Virus record (IMG/VR): IMGVR_UViG_3300005512_004360
Location: 1 to 24,149 of that record
Direction: 5' to 3' (one strand)
From: a virus
Lineage: Duplodnaviria; Caudoviricetes
Length of the DNA stretch: 24,149 nucleotides
Part shown: one piece after another, positions 23,900 through 24,149 of the stretch
Numbering within the stretch: position 1 is the stretch's first letter
Layout: each line of letters starts with the position of its first letter
Made by a program: the position numbers and the translations under genes
The notes under the pieces: generated by a model
Told to the model about the DNA's origin: nothing
What the model saw: only the letters and a program-made list of their open reading frames with translations
Databases searched by the model: none

Positions 23900-23921
23900 T
23901 CACTCGGCACTCGGCACTCCC
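23887..23921 (+). repeat. CACT-heptamer repeat x5 spanning stop to start
   Basis: CACTGAT CACTGAT CACTCGG CACTCGG CACTCCC ATG. Confidence 0.85.
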
Positions 23922-24149
23922 ATGATCCTCAACCCCACCAGAATCCGCATGAGCACCAAGACCAAAACCAAGACAGCCCCCCGCAAGCGAGCCCCCCGCA
24001 AGACCACCGCAGACGCCGAGCAGAAGAAGCTCTGGAAGCGCGAACTCCGCGACATGGAACGCAGCCTCAAGCGCTCACAGGCCGAAACAGCCAAGGAGAT
24101 ACGCCGCCACCAGCGCGTCATCGAAAAGCTATCCGCCCAGCAAATCATC
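23922..24149 (+). CDS. Basic hypothetical protein, truncated at window edge
   Basis: Open from ATG 23922 (or 23949) to the end of the window: MSTKTKTKTAPRKRAPRK... Confidence 0.55.
   Translation, partial: MILNPTRIRMSTKTKTKTAPRKRAPRKTTADAEQKKLWKRELRDMERSLKRSQAETAKEIRRHQRVIEKLSAQQII

Larger units (their letters stand above)
1..24149. mobile_element. Mu-like transposable prophage (internal portion; ends not in window)
   Basis: MuA-like transposase next to a MuB-like ATPase, repressor/Ner switch, lysis genes, Mu gp29-like portal, gpI-like protease, gp36-like and MuF-like genes, arranged in tightly coupled operons with many ATGA/GTGA overlaps. Confidence 0.95.

Noticed and set aside
1-24149. Mu ends (TG...CA with transposase-binding repeats), invertible tail-fibre segment, diversity-generating retroelement
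   Set aside because: Both window edges fall inside CDSs; no invertase, reverse transcriptase or template/variable repeat pair was seen.

Overview
The whole window is the internal part of a transposable (Mu-like) prophage; neither end is visible. A CI-like repressor (16752-17387, -) sits at a divergent switch. To its right (+) runs the early/transposition operon: Ner/Cro-like HTH, several small HTH proteins, a MuA-like DDE transposase, a MuB-like ATPase and a stand-alone DnaA domain IV protein. To its left (-) runs the late operon: holin-like gene, an initiator-type tRNA-Met, M15 endolysin, gp25/26/27-like genes, terminase, portal, protease/scaffold, decoration, capsid, neck and tail genes. 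The most striking element is the portal gene (8066-10255), which is fused in frame to a complete-looking type IB DNA topoisomerase with all five catalytic positions. The linker carries an [IV]xNR motif that is strongly enriched in the phage's own prohead protease/scaffold, and an acidic ORF with two more ILNR motifs follows. This suggests a virion-packaged, protease-released topoisomerase with a possible partner/inhibitor (inference). Other features are a GGAGC-hairpin REP-like family with in-frame copies in two genes, heptamer repeats filling stop-to-start spacers, a repressor with Arg at the catalytic Lys position, and a strong C>G skew on the + strand regardless of gene direction. All family calls come from motif recognition and gene order, not database searches. 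A Verrucomicrobiota-like host is a weak guess from repeat style.
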